64,000 nt of DNA. It comes from Vicugna vicugna. Lineage: Eukaryota. The stretch covers positions 1,488,001-1,552,000 of the forward strand of contig MU059537.1 in the NCBI GenBank assembly GCA_013265495.1, read 5' to 3'. The notes beneath the pieces are model-generated. The model saw only the letters and a list, made by a program, of their open reading frames with translations, made no database searches and had not been told where the DNA came from. Positions 1-12,050 of the stretch are shown here, in pieces (positions within the stretch are counted from its first letter, which is position 1; the number at the start of each line of letters is the position of its first letter). A program made the translations under genes and the position numbers.

Positions 1-650
1 TGGATGGGTGAATGGATGAAGAATGTCGCAGTATTTACTTAGTAATTTAAAAGTTCTTGTAAGAGTTTTTTCCTCACCTGTATATACGACCACTTACCTG
101 TTTGTGTCTAGTGTTAGTGATACCGTTTTATGTGTCTCTGTAATATTATGGGTAAGAATGTTAAGATTGAGGAGGACAGTTTGATTGCATATCCAGAGGC
201 CCAGAATGCCCAAATGACCTGCTAATTGCCTCTCGCTCCCTCCCTGACGTCCGGAGGGGGCTGTGTGAGACTGAAGGCCCAGGCGGGACTCAAGGAGCCC
301 ATCCGTGGCTGTGGGGAGACCCTGTGAGCCGCAGGTGCCAAATCTGCTAAAAACAGGTCCGGGGCCCAAGGCTCCCTTAGGCTGGAGGCCTCAGCTGGGT
401 TCACGGTGTTTCTGCCCTTCCCCCCCGCCCCCGATTCTAAAGCTTCCAGCTTCCTCTGGCCACCGTGCTGTAGAGGGGCCCATCAGGTTGATCCTGGTTC
501 ATTCTAGTCTCCTAGCTTTTTTCCTGATGGTGACAAACCCCGAGAGTAGAAGAACACGGTGTGATCCACCTGCCAGCACGGGTCGTCGAGGCCATGCTGC
601 AGATGCGCACCAGACAGGGAGTCCTGGAGGAGGTGGTGTGCACACGCGCT

Positions 651-679
<29 letters not shown>
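651..679. repeat. (TG)14 microsatellite
   Basis: Uninterrupted tgtgtg run from 651, decaying into tatgtgcgcgtg. Confidence 0.97.
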
Positions 680-688
<9 letters not shown>

Positions 689-1483
689 TGCGCCTCATGT
701 GCCTAAGACGTGTTTGCTCCCACTGGAGCCCTCTGCCTTTCCCCCGTGGCCGTGTGCCCCTTCCTAGTCCGGAGCAGGGTTTCTCATGCCGTTAGTGGCA
801 GGAGCCTGGCCCTACTTCGTCTCTGATCTCTCTCTCCTGTTCCCTGCAAGTTGGTACCATTCTCAGCTTCCACGTGGCAGGAACTTGGTTGCCCTCCCTC
901 CAGGCCTGGATTCCCCCAGGCTTAAAATGAGGGAAAACAACATGCACTTAGCTTTTCTTGACCAAAAAATCTTGGACCAGCCTCCCCAGCAGCCAGTCAC
1001 ATGCCCCAGATTAATGGAGGCTGGCGTGGGCCCCGTCCGAGCCTCAGGTCCACCCCTGAGGCTGGGGGGACCAGGTCACTCCCTCCAGAGTATGTGAACT
1101 AGGCCCCGGTACTGCATGACTCTCCAAAGAAAACAGGGAGCAAGTGGACGTTGGAAGGCAGACCAACCCGCGTCCTCCCTGCTCTCCTGCAGAGTCCGCT
1201 CTTCCGAGGACTTGTTCTGCTTCTCAGATCCCCCCAAGGCTCTTCTCCCACCGCGGTGATGTACTCCTGGAGTTTCTGTAACTCACTCTGCTGTGCACTG
1301 GAGTGTGATGTCTGTCAGGTTCCCTAGGTGGCTTGTAAGTTCCTGAAAGTTAGAGACTTTCTGCACTGTTTTTCCACACCCCCAGCATGTGTCAGATGCT
1401 CGGCCAAGATGTCAGAAGGCCAGCGAGCAAGGGAGTCTGGGCTTGGAGCATCATGCCTGGCTCCCTGCGTGGCTGTTCTGTTT

Positions 1484-1600
1484 ATTAGCTGAGTGGCCTG
1501 AGGTAGGTTCTTTTGTTTCTGTGAACTTGGTTTCCTCATCTAGAGAACAGGCACAATGATGTCTCCTTTTGTCAAGTAACATGAGGCTTCATAGAGCATC
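1484..1600 (+). mobile_element. MIR SINE fragment
   Basis: MIR core-like ctgtgaacttggtttcctcatctagagaacagg; consensus recalled from memory. Confidence 0.7.
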
Positions 1601-1725
1601 TCATATAACATCCGGCAAATTGAAGACGATGGCTCTTATGCACCTGACGTAGAGGGCAGTCATACCACGACTCCTGCCGCCCCCACCCCACTGCCACTTT
1701 CAGAGTCACAAACAGTGGAATTTGG

Positions 1726-2326
1726 AAAGATACCTGCACACCTTTGTTGACCGCAGCATTATTTACAGTAGCCAGGATGTGGAAACAGCCTAAGTGTCCA
1801 CTTAGAATGAACGGATAAAGACGTGGTGTATACATACATACAATGGAATATTACTCAGCCATAAGAAAGAACAAGACCTTGCCATTTTCAAAAACATGGA
1901 CAGACCTAGAGGACATCATACTAAGTGAACCAAGTCAGAGAGAGACAAATATCATATGACTTCACTTGCATAGGGAGTCTAAAAAACCAAAACGAGCGAA
2001 TAAACATAACAAAACAGAAACAGACTCCTAGAACAGAGAAGACACAGATGGTTGCAGAGGGGAGGCAGGTGGGGGCGTGGGCAAAATAAGTGAAGGGGTT
2101 TAAGAGGTAGACACTTGTAGCTATAAGACAAATAAGTCAGGAGGACATAATGTGTGGCACCGGGACTAGAGTCAGTAACATTGTAATACTTCATACGGTG
2201 ACATTGTGACTAGACACTTTGTGGTGATCAGTTTGTATGTAAGTCGAATCACTGTGTAGTATACCTGAAACTAATATATTGTGTGTCAACTGTACTTCAG
2301 TGAAAAAGAGAAAAGGAAAAAAAAAA
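1726..2326 (+). mobile_element. L1 3' end with A-rich tail (L1MA9-like)
   Basis: Typical L1 3' motifs: gcagcattatttacagtagcc, tacaatggaatattactcagccataagaaagaa, ctaagtgaa..aagtcaga, tatacctgaaactaatatattg, then an A-rich tail at 2303-2326. Confidence 0.95.
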
Positions 2327-2953
2327 TCACAGATGGAGTATCCTGCTAGGGCTTCTGTTTGTTAAAACATCAAAGAATATTCGTATCACAACTTTATTAC
2401 TTTCAATAAAAGGCTTGGAAAAACGTTATGTAAACTATTTGAGCCAGTTTTGTTTTCACATCTGTTCGGTTCATTTCCCTTGTTGCTCTGTCCCAGTATT
2501 TTTCCAGCATTACGTTCTTTGCTGCTGCTTTTGTTGCTCTACTGGAAAGCTTCCCTGAGTGCTGGTCTGAGCTATGCCTCTCCAGCGCCCGGGTGCGCGG
2601 GCGGCGCTGTCAGCCCCAGATGCACGAGGGGCCCTTGGGCTCAGTAGCGGCTGCCGATTCGAGTTACAAGGGCTCCTCGCGGCCTTCGCAGCTGAGTGCT
2701 TCTTCCTTCATGTGGCCCTGCCTGCTTTCCTGTCTGGTCCTCCCTGTGAAGCTGGGACAAACGGACTGAGGACCAGGAGCGGAGGTGCTGCCCGAGGGGC
2801 CGGCATCTGGAGGAACCGGCCTGAGGCCTGGCCAGCTGGCTCACAGGCAGTATCTCCTTCACCAGAATGTCAGTGTCACTGGGGCGAGGACCAGGTTCTG
2901 TTCCCTGCTGTGCCCCAGGTGTCTTGAGTGGGGCATGAGATGTTAACAGAGAC

Positions 2954-3040
2954 TTTTTTTTTTGTTTTAATTCAAGTACACTCAGTTACAATGTGTCAGT
3001 TTCTGCTGTATAGTGTAATGCTTTAGTTACACATATACAA
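2954..3040 (-). mobile_element. Short L1 3' end fragment
   Basis: Poly-T followed by cagttacaatgtgtcagtttctgctgtatagtgtaatg, the reverse complement of an L1 terminus. Confidence 0.75.
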
Positions 3041-3269
3041 AAAAAGATTTTTAATAAACCTCTGTTGAATGAATGACTGGACACTGGGCATGACCTAAAC
3101 TGTCACAGGGGCTCACAGTCCAGGGGAGACAGGCAGGTGAGCCAACAAAGAGTGAGGGGTGAGACGTGGACCCGGAGGAGCCTGTGCATCCCTGCAGGAC
3201 CCGGGAAAATCATCAGTTTTTGAGTAAGTAAAAACAACATTACTTAGGAGTGTTTTACAGTGAATGTTG

Positions 3270-3960
3270 ACTTGACTTGTAATCAAGTAGTTACTGAATG
3301 CAAATCAGAACCACAGTGAGGTGCTACCTCACCCGCTAGGGCGGCTATTATCAAAAACGGGGAAGTAACAGATTTTGATGGGGATGTGGAAAAACTGCAC
3401 CCTATTGACACAGCTGGTGGGGATGAGAATGGTTTGGCTGCTGTGGAGAACAGCGTGGTGGGTCCTCAGAAAGTGAAACAGGGTTACCACCTGATTCACA
3501 GTTCTGGCCCTGGGTATACATCTGAGAACTGGAAACCTGCTCAAACAAATACGCACAGTGAACCCTTGAACCCTGTGGGTTTGAACATCATAGGTCCACT
3601 TATATGTAGCTTTGCTTCCCTAAATACGTGCTACAGGACTACACGATCTGTGGTTGGTTGAGTCCATGGACACAGAAGGGTGTATTCCAAAGGCTGACTG
3701 AATGAAGTTATATGCAGATTTTCTATTGTGGGTGGGGTGGCAGCCCAGAAGGGCCACCTATGCACTCACATTGACAGTAGCCCAAAGGTGGGAACAGCCC
3801 CTGGGTCTGTCAGTGGGCGAGTGGATAAACAGATCGTGGTATATCCACAGTGGAATATTACACAGCCATGAAAAGCAATGAAGTACTAATCCATGTGGAA
3901 GCTTGGATCAAAGACAAAATCACCTCGAGAGGCTAATGTGTGTGGTGACAATGACACAAG
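3270..3960 (+). mobile_element. L1MB/MC-like 3' region, split by a Tigger insertion
   Basis: atgcaaatcagaaccacagtgaggtgctacctcaccc ... then resumes after 3760 with gtagcccaaaggtgggaacagccc and ggaatattacacagccatgaaaag. Confidence 0.85.
3556..3760 (+). mobile_element. Tigger2a-like MITE (TcMar-Tigger DNA transposon)
   Basis: Left end cagtgaacccttgaac..gggtttgaac..ggtccacttatat matches the Tigger2 TIR CAGTTGACCCTTGAAC; degenerate right end aagggccaccta approximates AAGGGTCAACTG. Confidence 0.85.
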
Positions 3961-5084
3961 GGCTGCACTCATGAGATGCGTACCCTATTGTCACTGCGTT
4001 TCACTAGGCAGCCCCTCGTGGTGGGAGGACCCACGTCTCAGGAGGGAAACGCGGGTCTGTCCTCATCTTCAGTGCTCTCCGCGCACTCCGCCCCACCAGC
4101 AGCACCTTTCATGCAGTCACCACACAGATTCCTGCAGAAACCCCCCACCCCCCGCCTCCGTGGTGCACACTTCCTGGGGCTGGAGGGCCGTTGCTCCTGG
4201 GGCAGGTGCACCCTTGAGAAGGGGCTCTCCCTCCAGGTGGGAAGGGAGATGTTCTCAGATAATCCCCGTCATCTCTTTACGGAAGGACTGGGTCAGCTTG
4301 CGTGTGGCCTTTTATCTTGGAAGTGAGAGGCAAAAAATACGTGCGCGTGGCTTATGGAATATTAGAAGCTTAAGACTCACCTTCAGCTCCATTTTCTTAC
4401 TGGAATTGACACCTCAGTTTCTAATTTCCTTTGAGGTATTCCCATTCAGATGCCTTCATGGCCCTGTACACTCAGCATCAGTAAAATTGAAGCTATCCCG
4501 GACAGACAGCCTTAGGTTTGAGAACTATTTCAGCCACTCGCCAGCTGTGTGGTCCTGATCCGATCCGAGAGCCTTGTCCCCTGACTTGTGCAGTGATGCC
4601 GGGACAGTGTGTCTGGGGTGCAAGGATGGTCTTCGGCATGTGGCAGGTGCAGAAGGATTAGTGCTTTTTCTCCCCATCCCCCGCTACACCCCTTCACCGT
4701 TTTTGAAGAACTTAGACACAATGTTTATCCTCCCCCTAATTACCAGTGTCACTGTGTTCCCAGAGACTTAGCTCTATGCTTTATACTTGGACAGCACCCC
4801 CCTTACCTGTGGGGATATATGTCCCAAGAACCCCTGTGGGTGCCTGAAATCCTGGACTATGTTCTCCACAAAAATGATTTAGTTTATAAAATTGGGATAA
4901 AATAGATGTAAAATTGACCATTTTAACCACTTAAGCGTACGTTCCAGAAGCTTGAAGTACATTCACATTGCCGTGCAGCCAGCACCTCGTGCACCCACGG
5001 AGCTTCACACTTTGAATTCTCCCCTCCTCCCACAATGTGTTTTGCAGCGGCTTCCAGGCTGCTGGAATTTTTTGGTTATTCTTT

Positions 5085-5290
5085 CTTTCATTATTTATTG
5101 ACCACCTACTGTGTGTTATGCACTGGGCTGAGTACTGGGGATATGGAGCAGACGAGACTGGCACCGTCTCTACGGAACTCAGACTAGCAAGGAGCACAGT
5201 AATAAAAAAAAAAAATCAATCCTGGACTAGGTCGGTGCGCACGGAGAAGCCTTCCACACAGGAGGCAGCGTGTGAGAAGGCGCAGAGGAC
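5085..5290 (-). mobile_element. L2 3' end fragment
   Basis: tcattatttattgaccacctactgtgtgttatgcactgggctgagtactggggata is the reverse complement of the L2 terminus. Confidence 0.85.
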
Positions 5291-5824
5291 TGAAGACGGC
5301 CGGGTAGTTGAGGGAAGCGCGGGGGCGTTCAGTGCCGAGGGCGGGCGTCGGAGCCAGCAGGGGGAGGCTGGGGCCGTCCTGCCTCCTTCATTTGGGTTTT
5401 TCCTGCAGCAGCAAACTGTAACAGTTCCTTCTTTCCCAATTTCACTTGGATTCTGTAGGTACATTTTAGCACAAGTGGTACTTACAGAGCAACAGGCTGT
5501 AAGCTCGAGGCGGGTAGTCTGGCCATACAGTGGGGCTGAGTCCGCTGAGCGCTGGTGGGCGCCTCCATGTGGAGCGGGCGGGATGCAGTGGCACTGAGGG
5601 TGACGTCTCCAGCCCCCGCTGGCGGAGCCCTGGGACCCGGCCTCGGGAGGCTGTCCTGTGTTGGGAACCGGGCCTTCTCTGTTGTGCTCTGGACACCCTG
5701 TGGCTTACTTCTGCACCCCCTTCTCTCTCTCTCTGCCCCTCCAAGCCTTGCTTCGCTCTGAATCTTGAGCCCGTTCTTCAGTCTTCATTGTGGTTGGAGT
5801 AATTAAATGAACGCTTAACGCCTG

Positions 5825-6000
5825 GAGCGGTGGGTCGAGGGTGAATCCTGCCTCTGCTCCCGGCCAGCTGTGCCATTGTGGGCAAGACGCTTCACCTCTC
5901 AGAGCTGCAGCTCCTATGCCTGTCAAGTCAGGATCAGATTTACCTTGAGGATTGTGCAGAGGAGATACGTTGGCAAGGTGCTTGGTGCACAGTCAGGGCC
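5825..6000 (+). mobile_element. MIR SINE
   Basis: gggtgaatcctgcctctgctcccggccagctgtgccattgtgggcaagacgcttcacctctcagagc follows the MIR B-box/core. Confidence 0.8.
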
Positions 6001-6119
6001 CTCTGAAGCCTGCAGACAATACTTTATTTTGTGTCACCGAAAGGAAGAGTGGGGGAAGGGTTGGGCATGCCGCTTCCAGTGGAGGTCCACCTGGGTTCCA
6101 GAGAACTCTAGGGATCCTC

Positions 6120-6280
6120 GGTTATTCGCTGAGACCTTCCAGCAAGTCATTGACTCCTCTGAGCCTCGACTTCCTCTCCTCTGAAAAGAGGGATGATAAC
6201 AGCGTGACCAAACCAGGCAGGGATCGAGGGCCTGGACACGAGATTGGCACAGCGCGAGCCTCAGTAACAGACGATGTTCA
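6120..6280 (+). mobile_element. MIR SINE fragment
   Basis: gcaagtcattgactcctctgagcctcgacttcctctcctctgaaaagagggatgataac matches the MIR core. Confidence 0.8.
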
Positions 6281-6858
6281 TCACATGTGCCTGTCGTGAC
6301 CGCTCGCTCTCCTTTCAGAACGCAGGCTAGTCTGGTCCACGGGCACCTGCTCCGCTTCCCTGCCTACTGAGTAGGACAGCAGCCTCTCCAGCCCAGGCAG
6401 GAACGCGCTCGCTGGCAGTCGCACTCCTGGGCAGTGCACTGCCATGCAGTTCCTCGTCTCACCACACGGGGCCGCCCCTCCTCAGCCCAGCGCTAAGCTG
6501 CGCCGCGGGTGGGCCCCCTTGAGGAGGATTGCTTCGGAAACAGTATCAATCACTTGATTTGGGTGTTGTTTTTTTCTTTTCTTGCTCCTTTTTTACATGT
6601 AATGCTTGATTTTATTTGGGTTTGCAGAGTGAGAGACCTGCTGTCCTTCTTTACTTCAGCTGAGTGGTGTGGCTGAGATTCAGAACTTCTGGCGGTATCC
6701 CCTAAGTTCTGCTTTATTCAGCCAGCTTTTCTCTTGCCTCGTGGGCTTTACTTGTGGACGTGGTTTGGAGGCCGGTGGGAGGCACAGCTCTGCAGGGAGG
6801 ACACCTGCTGACACCTCTGTTAAATAGAGTGACTCCCCCCTGGCTCCCTCGCCGCCTG

Positions 6859-6887
6859 CTGTCACCGGCTGTCACCGGCTGTCACCG
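6859..6887. repeat. Tandem repeat (CTGTCACCGG)x3
   Basis: ctgtcaccgg ctgtcaccgg ctgtcaccg read directly. Confidence 0.95.
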
Positions 6888-7199
6888 CTGGGAGGGGAGC
6901 TCCTCTGAGGGCAGAGACGCTTCTTCCCTTCCCTGCTGGCGAGCAGAGGTATTTCCGTGTTCAGCATCTATTCCGTATGTACCTTTTCAGTGTATTTCAG
7001 TATTTGTTGAACAGCTGAATAAATAAGTGAATCTGGGGGAGTCACTTGACCTTCCTGAGGAGTAGTTGCTGCGCTGTAAACTCACAGTAAGTTAGTCCTT
7101 GCTTCCAAGATTCGGGAGAGACCCTCTTCCGGGGAGGGGGGCATTATTTGGCCTCCTAGAGTGTGCAAATTTTCTGAGCCAACAATTCTATATTTAGTT

Positions 7200-7625
7200 A
7201 ATTTTTAGAAAAAGAAACAGACTCATGAACAAAGATGTGTACACTGGGTCGTTTGTCATAGCATTATTCAAATAACTGAATTACTGGGAGCAGCAAATAC
7301 CCAGTAATAGGGAATTAAGTAAGGCACAACATATCCGTATGGTGTATGCCCATCAAAAGCGAAGACCCGGAGGCCGTGCTAACATGGGAAGGCACCCAGG
7401 ACTTAAGTAACGAAACACGTTAACAAAATAGTGTGAGCGACATGGTCCCACTCCTATAAAGTACACGCCCTGTATGTGTGCACAGGAAACGTCTGGAAGG
7501 ACACACATCAAGGTGGTAACAAGGGTTCTTTCTGTGTTTTGGGATTATGTATGATTTTTTTTCTTTTTGCTTCTCAATATATCCTAACATTTTGACAGTG
7601 AAAATACATTCATTGTATAAAAAGA
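7200..7625 (+). mobile_element. L1ME-like 3' end
   Basis: gtcatagcattattcaaataactg, caaatacccagtaataggg, ggaaacgtctggaaggacacacatcaaggtggtaacaag. Confidence 0.75.
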
Positions 7626-8464
7626 ACCCACCTCCTTTTTTAAAAGGAAAAATGACTGAATTTAGTGGGAAAGAAAATGTATGATTTCATGCAGAATTGG
7701 CACCTGGAAGTTCCGCTTGTTGAAAAAAGAATTGGCTTTTTCTTTGAATTGAATCCTTAGCCCCACATTGATGGCAGCCCCTGACTCAGAGCTCCAGGGA
7801 GCCTTGTGGAACCTTGTTCTGCTCTGGACCCTTCTCAGAGCCACACTCTCACTTTGTCACCCATGGGTCACCCCTGCTCCCCTCTTGTCCACAAAGAAGG
7901 AAGGCTTCTGAGCAGAGAAGCACTGCTTTTTCCAATTTTTGCTGCAGTGTGATGGTTTTACAGTCTTTTTTTTTTTTTGGACTTGCTTTTTTGAGGCTCC
8001 TTCCCTCATACATGAAAATTTTTGCCATCCTCTCTGCTCTTCACAGTTAAAAAACGTTCTCGGCCATATCTCCATTCTGGAGATCCTGGGGCAGTCCCCA
8101 CGTTGTACGGTGGCCGCTCTCTTTCCTTCGTGGTGGTAACTTCAAGAAAGACTGCTTTTCCTCGTCTTTGTGAGCCTTGGGCTGTGTCTTCCGTGGCTGC
8201 GGAGGGCGTGGAGGAGCCGGGCGGCGCTCCGCTGCCCCTCGGCGGTTTTGTTCCTTTATTGCAAACTGTTGCTAGGCTCCTGGTGCGGATACAGATTGTT
8301 TTCAGATTTCTTTCTGGAAGCATGTGGCTTTTTTCTTGCATACTAGGAGAAAGAAAGTAAATTTATAATTCAAAAATAATTGGATAGTGTTTTTGCTCAC
8401 GTGTTAATAGCGGAAGTTTAACACCCTCTTTGGTGCCCACCCTTCCTCTGAGTCTCCCAGCAGT

Positions 8465-8810
8465 CCTGGGAGGCAAGCAGAATCATTATTTTCAGTTTTC
8501 AGAGGCAGGAGTCGAGGCTCTGAGATGTTGACTGGTTGCCCAGGCGTTACGTGGCGAGTGAGTATCCCTGTGGGACTGAACGCCCACGTCTCCTTGCTCC
8601 CAGCGCAAGGCCAGGGCCTCCTGTGCGTCAGGCCCTGCTGTCGGCATGCTGTCTGGATCCTTACAGCAGTCCTGTCGTGTTGAGTTTTATCCTCTCCATG
8701 CAGTGGGCCGAGGCTCAGAGAGGGAAGGATGTTGTCCTCCATCACACAGCTAGTGGGAGACCAGACCCGGGACCCTCATTCCGAACCCCAGTGCTTTTCG
8801 CCTCCCCTCG
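8465..8810 (-). mobile_element. Two MIR fragments (approx. 8465-8570 and 8680-8810)
   Basis: ttttcagaggcaggagtcgaggctctgagatgttgactggttgcccagg and gaggctcagagagggaagg..atcacacagctagtgggag are antisense MIR cores. Confidence 0.75.
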
Positions 8811-9924
8811 TGTTCCTCGTAGCGAAGGCACTGACCGCTGTGCTTTCTAAGGCATGCCCTTGAACTTGCTAAGTGGTGGCTCTCAGACAAGCCACTTGCA
8901 AGATTCACAAGTGTTTCCAAAACCAGCGCCTGCCTCGTTGTCGCCGTTATCGCAACAGAGCCCCCTTTCCCGTCAGGCTTTGCCCATCAATTTGGCAGGT
9001 GTTGCAAGAACCAAATTACACACTCAGTTGGCTTAGCAAGTCTGTTTTTTGAGCATTGGTTGACAGTCAGGGGTCACATGTCAATAGATCCACAGAAACT
9101 TATCTTTTTGGCCAAAGGATTACGTATTAAAACAACTGGGACTGTCCTTTTAGTTAGTTAAAGTGACACCTAAGATCTAAGGGTTGGAAGCCATCTGAAC
9201 GGTCACCCTCATGCCCCTCGGGGCCCTTTGCGTCTTCTCTGTGTCTTCTTTGCGTCTCTTCCCCTTGTTCCCAGCATTCATGTATTAAGTGTTGGACAAA
9301 TACTTTCTGAATTAAAAAAATGTAGTCCAGTCTCTACCAAATACAGGGATTTTTTTCTCCAGCATGTGAGTGGTGGCCGTGAGGTCTCTGCTTGGTCACG
9401 TCCAGCAAAGGGAGCTGAGGTTCTTCCTTACCTTGACCCGACGGGCCCTGGCCCCTGCCTCTGGGAGCCTCACCAAGTCTCCACTAGAGACTCCTAAAGG
9501 GGAGGATCTCCCTTCCTGAAGCTTGGTGTTCCTGAGCTGAACAGTCCCAGGTTGGAAACGCATCCAGATCTCCCTGCCCTTGTGTTTACCGGTGAAAACT
9601 TTTGCCCTTCGAAGTGGCAGCCCCCAGAATCTACCCATCCACGGAGTGAGCCCGTCGGCCATGAGCTGTTATTTAGGGAGCATCTGCTAAGGGTCAGGGA
9701 TGGTAATGAAAGAGCTTCCTGCCCACAGGGAGCTCAGTCCAGCAGGGGGAGATGCATTAATGCAGCAGCTCCACAGCACAGCCGTCTCAGAGCACAGCCC
9801 AAGTGCCATGCTGGACTTCCGCCGAGGGACTGGGCCAGTTCCACTGAGACCCGCAAGGAGTCAAGATTCCACGTATGTTTGCTAACGTGACAGATACGCG
9901 CTGAGCCCCTCTCTCTGCCGGGCG

Positions 9925-11470
9925 TGTGCTGGACCATGGGGCACAATGATAGGGTCCTTCTCTCACAGGGTTTGTAGTCTGTAGACAGAGTCCTCTGATT
10001 CAAATAACTGAGACAGAAGCTCTGACAACAAGGATGTGATTCTCTGAGGTCAGAGACTAACCCAGACTAGGGTATCAGACGAGCTTTTCCCGAGGGGATG
10101 CTGAGATCTGAAGGGAGAGTGAGGGCTTGGGAGACAGGCGAGAGGGTGGATGCTCAGAGTGGAGGGAACAGAGGGCGAGGGGGCTGGAGTGGTGGTCGGC
10201 CGGGGGAACGTAGCCAGGCAGCCTGTAGGCCACAGTGAGGCTTAGTGTTTGTTACCAGGGTGTTGGGAGCCTTGGAGGATTGCAGGTGGTGGGGGGACGA
10301 GGGGCGTGAGATGGTAAGCGTGCACCCTTGCTCCAGTGTGGGGGCCAGCGCTGGAGGGGAGGCCAGTGTGGAAACACTACGATACTAGTCCAAGAGAAAC
10401 AAGATGATGGCTTGGGTAAGGTGATGGCCTTCAGAGAGATTTGGAAACAAGAAAGGCTGGCACCTGGTGGTGGAGGATGTGGGGGAAGGAGACGGAGTTT
10501 CTGACCTGGGCGTTGGGACTGATGGTGGAGTCGTGTCTGTGCCGGGAAATGTGGGACAGGAAAGGAGTTGCCTTGGCAGAGGCAGGGTGGACCTGGTCAT
10601 GGGCTCACGCTCAGATTTGGGCAGTGTGGGTGCCTTTGAAATAGCCAAGCGGCGTAGACAGCTGTGTAAACAGATCTAGAGCTCCGAGGTGCTGGGTGAG
10701 CTGACTCTGGAAAAATGGTTGGCGGGTTTCCAGGTGAGCCTCTGAGAAGGACACTGGGGGCAGCCGGCAGAAGGAGGGTGGGGCACAGCGCAAGCGCGGT
10801 GCTCAGAAGAGCTCTGGTATTGGGGGCGCAGACGGCTCTCGGGGGTTCAGGGAGTGGTGTGTAGTGGAAGGTATGAACGGAGAGCTGTGGGCTGGAGCAG
10901 GTCCTAGAGAACCTTTGATGCTGCGGTAGGGAATATGGACTTTGTCCTGGAGGTATCAGCAGCTGTCGGGATGTTAGCAGATGACTGTTACAGTCAAATA
11001 TGCTCTTCAGAGAGAGCCCTCTGCCGGTAGAGTGGAGGGTGGGTTTGGTGAGTCATTCATTCATTCGTCCGCCGGTGCCAGAGGGCGCAGGCTCTGGCTC
11101 GAGCACTGTCTTACATGTGGGTGGGACAAAGGCCAGTGAGACGGAGACGGTGCTTGAATGGGTGGACACCTGCCAGGGAGGAGGTCCTCACAGCTGTTGA
11201 ATGGTGACGTGGGGACTGTGGGCACAGGTGCTCAGGGGTTGCAGCACGGACCAGGGAGCTCAGCAGACTGCAGAGAGCGCCTTTCTGAGAGGAAGTAAAA
11301 CAGACTCGAAAGACCTGTCGGGACTTGGGTGTCATAGAATCGCATGCGGAGAGAAGGAGGCGGTGGTCACGGGTAGGGGGAGAAGTGGCCGAGAGTGCTG
11401 GGGGGTCTCCATTGGGTTGCTGTCAGAAGTTGAAGGGCAAAGCGAGGGTGGTGGGAGGTGCTGGGGAGGG
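9925..11470 (-). mobile_element. Cluster of degenerate L2 fragments
   Basis: Purine-rich antisense L2 motifs such as ctgagatctgaagg, gtaggccacagtgaggctt, tagtccaagagaaacaagatgatggcttgg and tcattcattcattc at ~11053. Confidence 0.75.
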
Positions 11471-11499
11471 GCCGGGGCTCCCACAGCAGCCTAGAGTCC

Positions 11500-12050
11500 G
11501 AACAAAAGGCTGCGATCCGATCAGCGCTGCCTTTCAGAGGGACCGCAGGGAGCGGTGCAGACCCGAGACTGAGGAGCCCTTCACCATACAGACAGCCCCG
11601 CAGAGAGCAAGCCCCGTTAGGGAGGGCCAGGACGCCCTGCCGACGTCACCTTGGCGGCGGGAGCCAGGACGCTCCGCGAGACCAACTCCGGCCCCTCCTG
11701 CTCCACGCTGTTCAGGCGGTGCTGGCCGGGGACTCGGGCCGGCCTCCAGGTCGGAAAGGGGCAGGCAAACCACCTCCGCTTGCAGAAGGTACGCCCTTGT
11801 GTGAGTCTGTCACTCAGACACCGTTAGAACTGCTCAGCGAGGTCAGCAGAGCTGCAGGGTACCAAGAAAATAATTCTTTTAATAATAGTATTGAGAGTAA
11901 TAAAATAATTAGGAATAAACTTAACACAAAGAAGTGGAAGACGTGCATCTGTAAAACATCACTGAGAGAAGTTCCGGAAGGCCTAGCTGCCGGGGGCGCC
12001 CGTGCTCCTGGGGTGGACTCCACGCTGTCTGCACGTGGACCTGCGGGCGG
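11500..12050 (+). mobile_element. L1 ORF2 reverse-transcriptase relic, strongly GC-shifted
   Basis: Translation RPLLLHAVQAVLAG..GRKGAGKPPPLAEGTPLCE..LELLSEVSRAAGYQ parallels L1 ORF2 SPLLFNIVLEVLAR..IGKEEVKLSLFADDMILYIE..LELINEFSKVAGYK; the AT-rich aataaaataattaggaataaacttaacacaaagaag is also L1-like. Confidence 0.85.
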
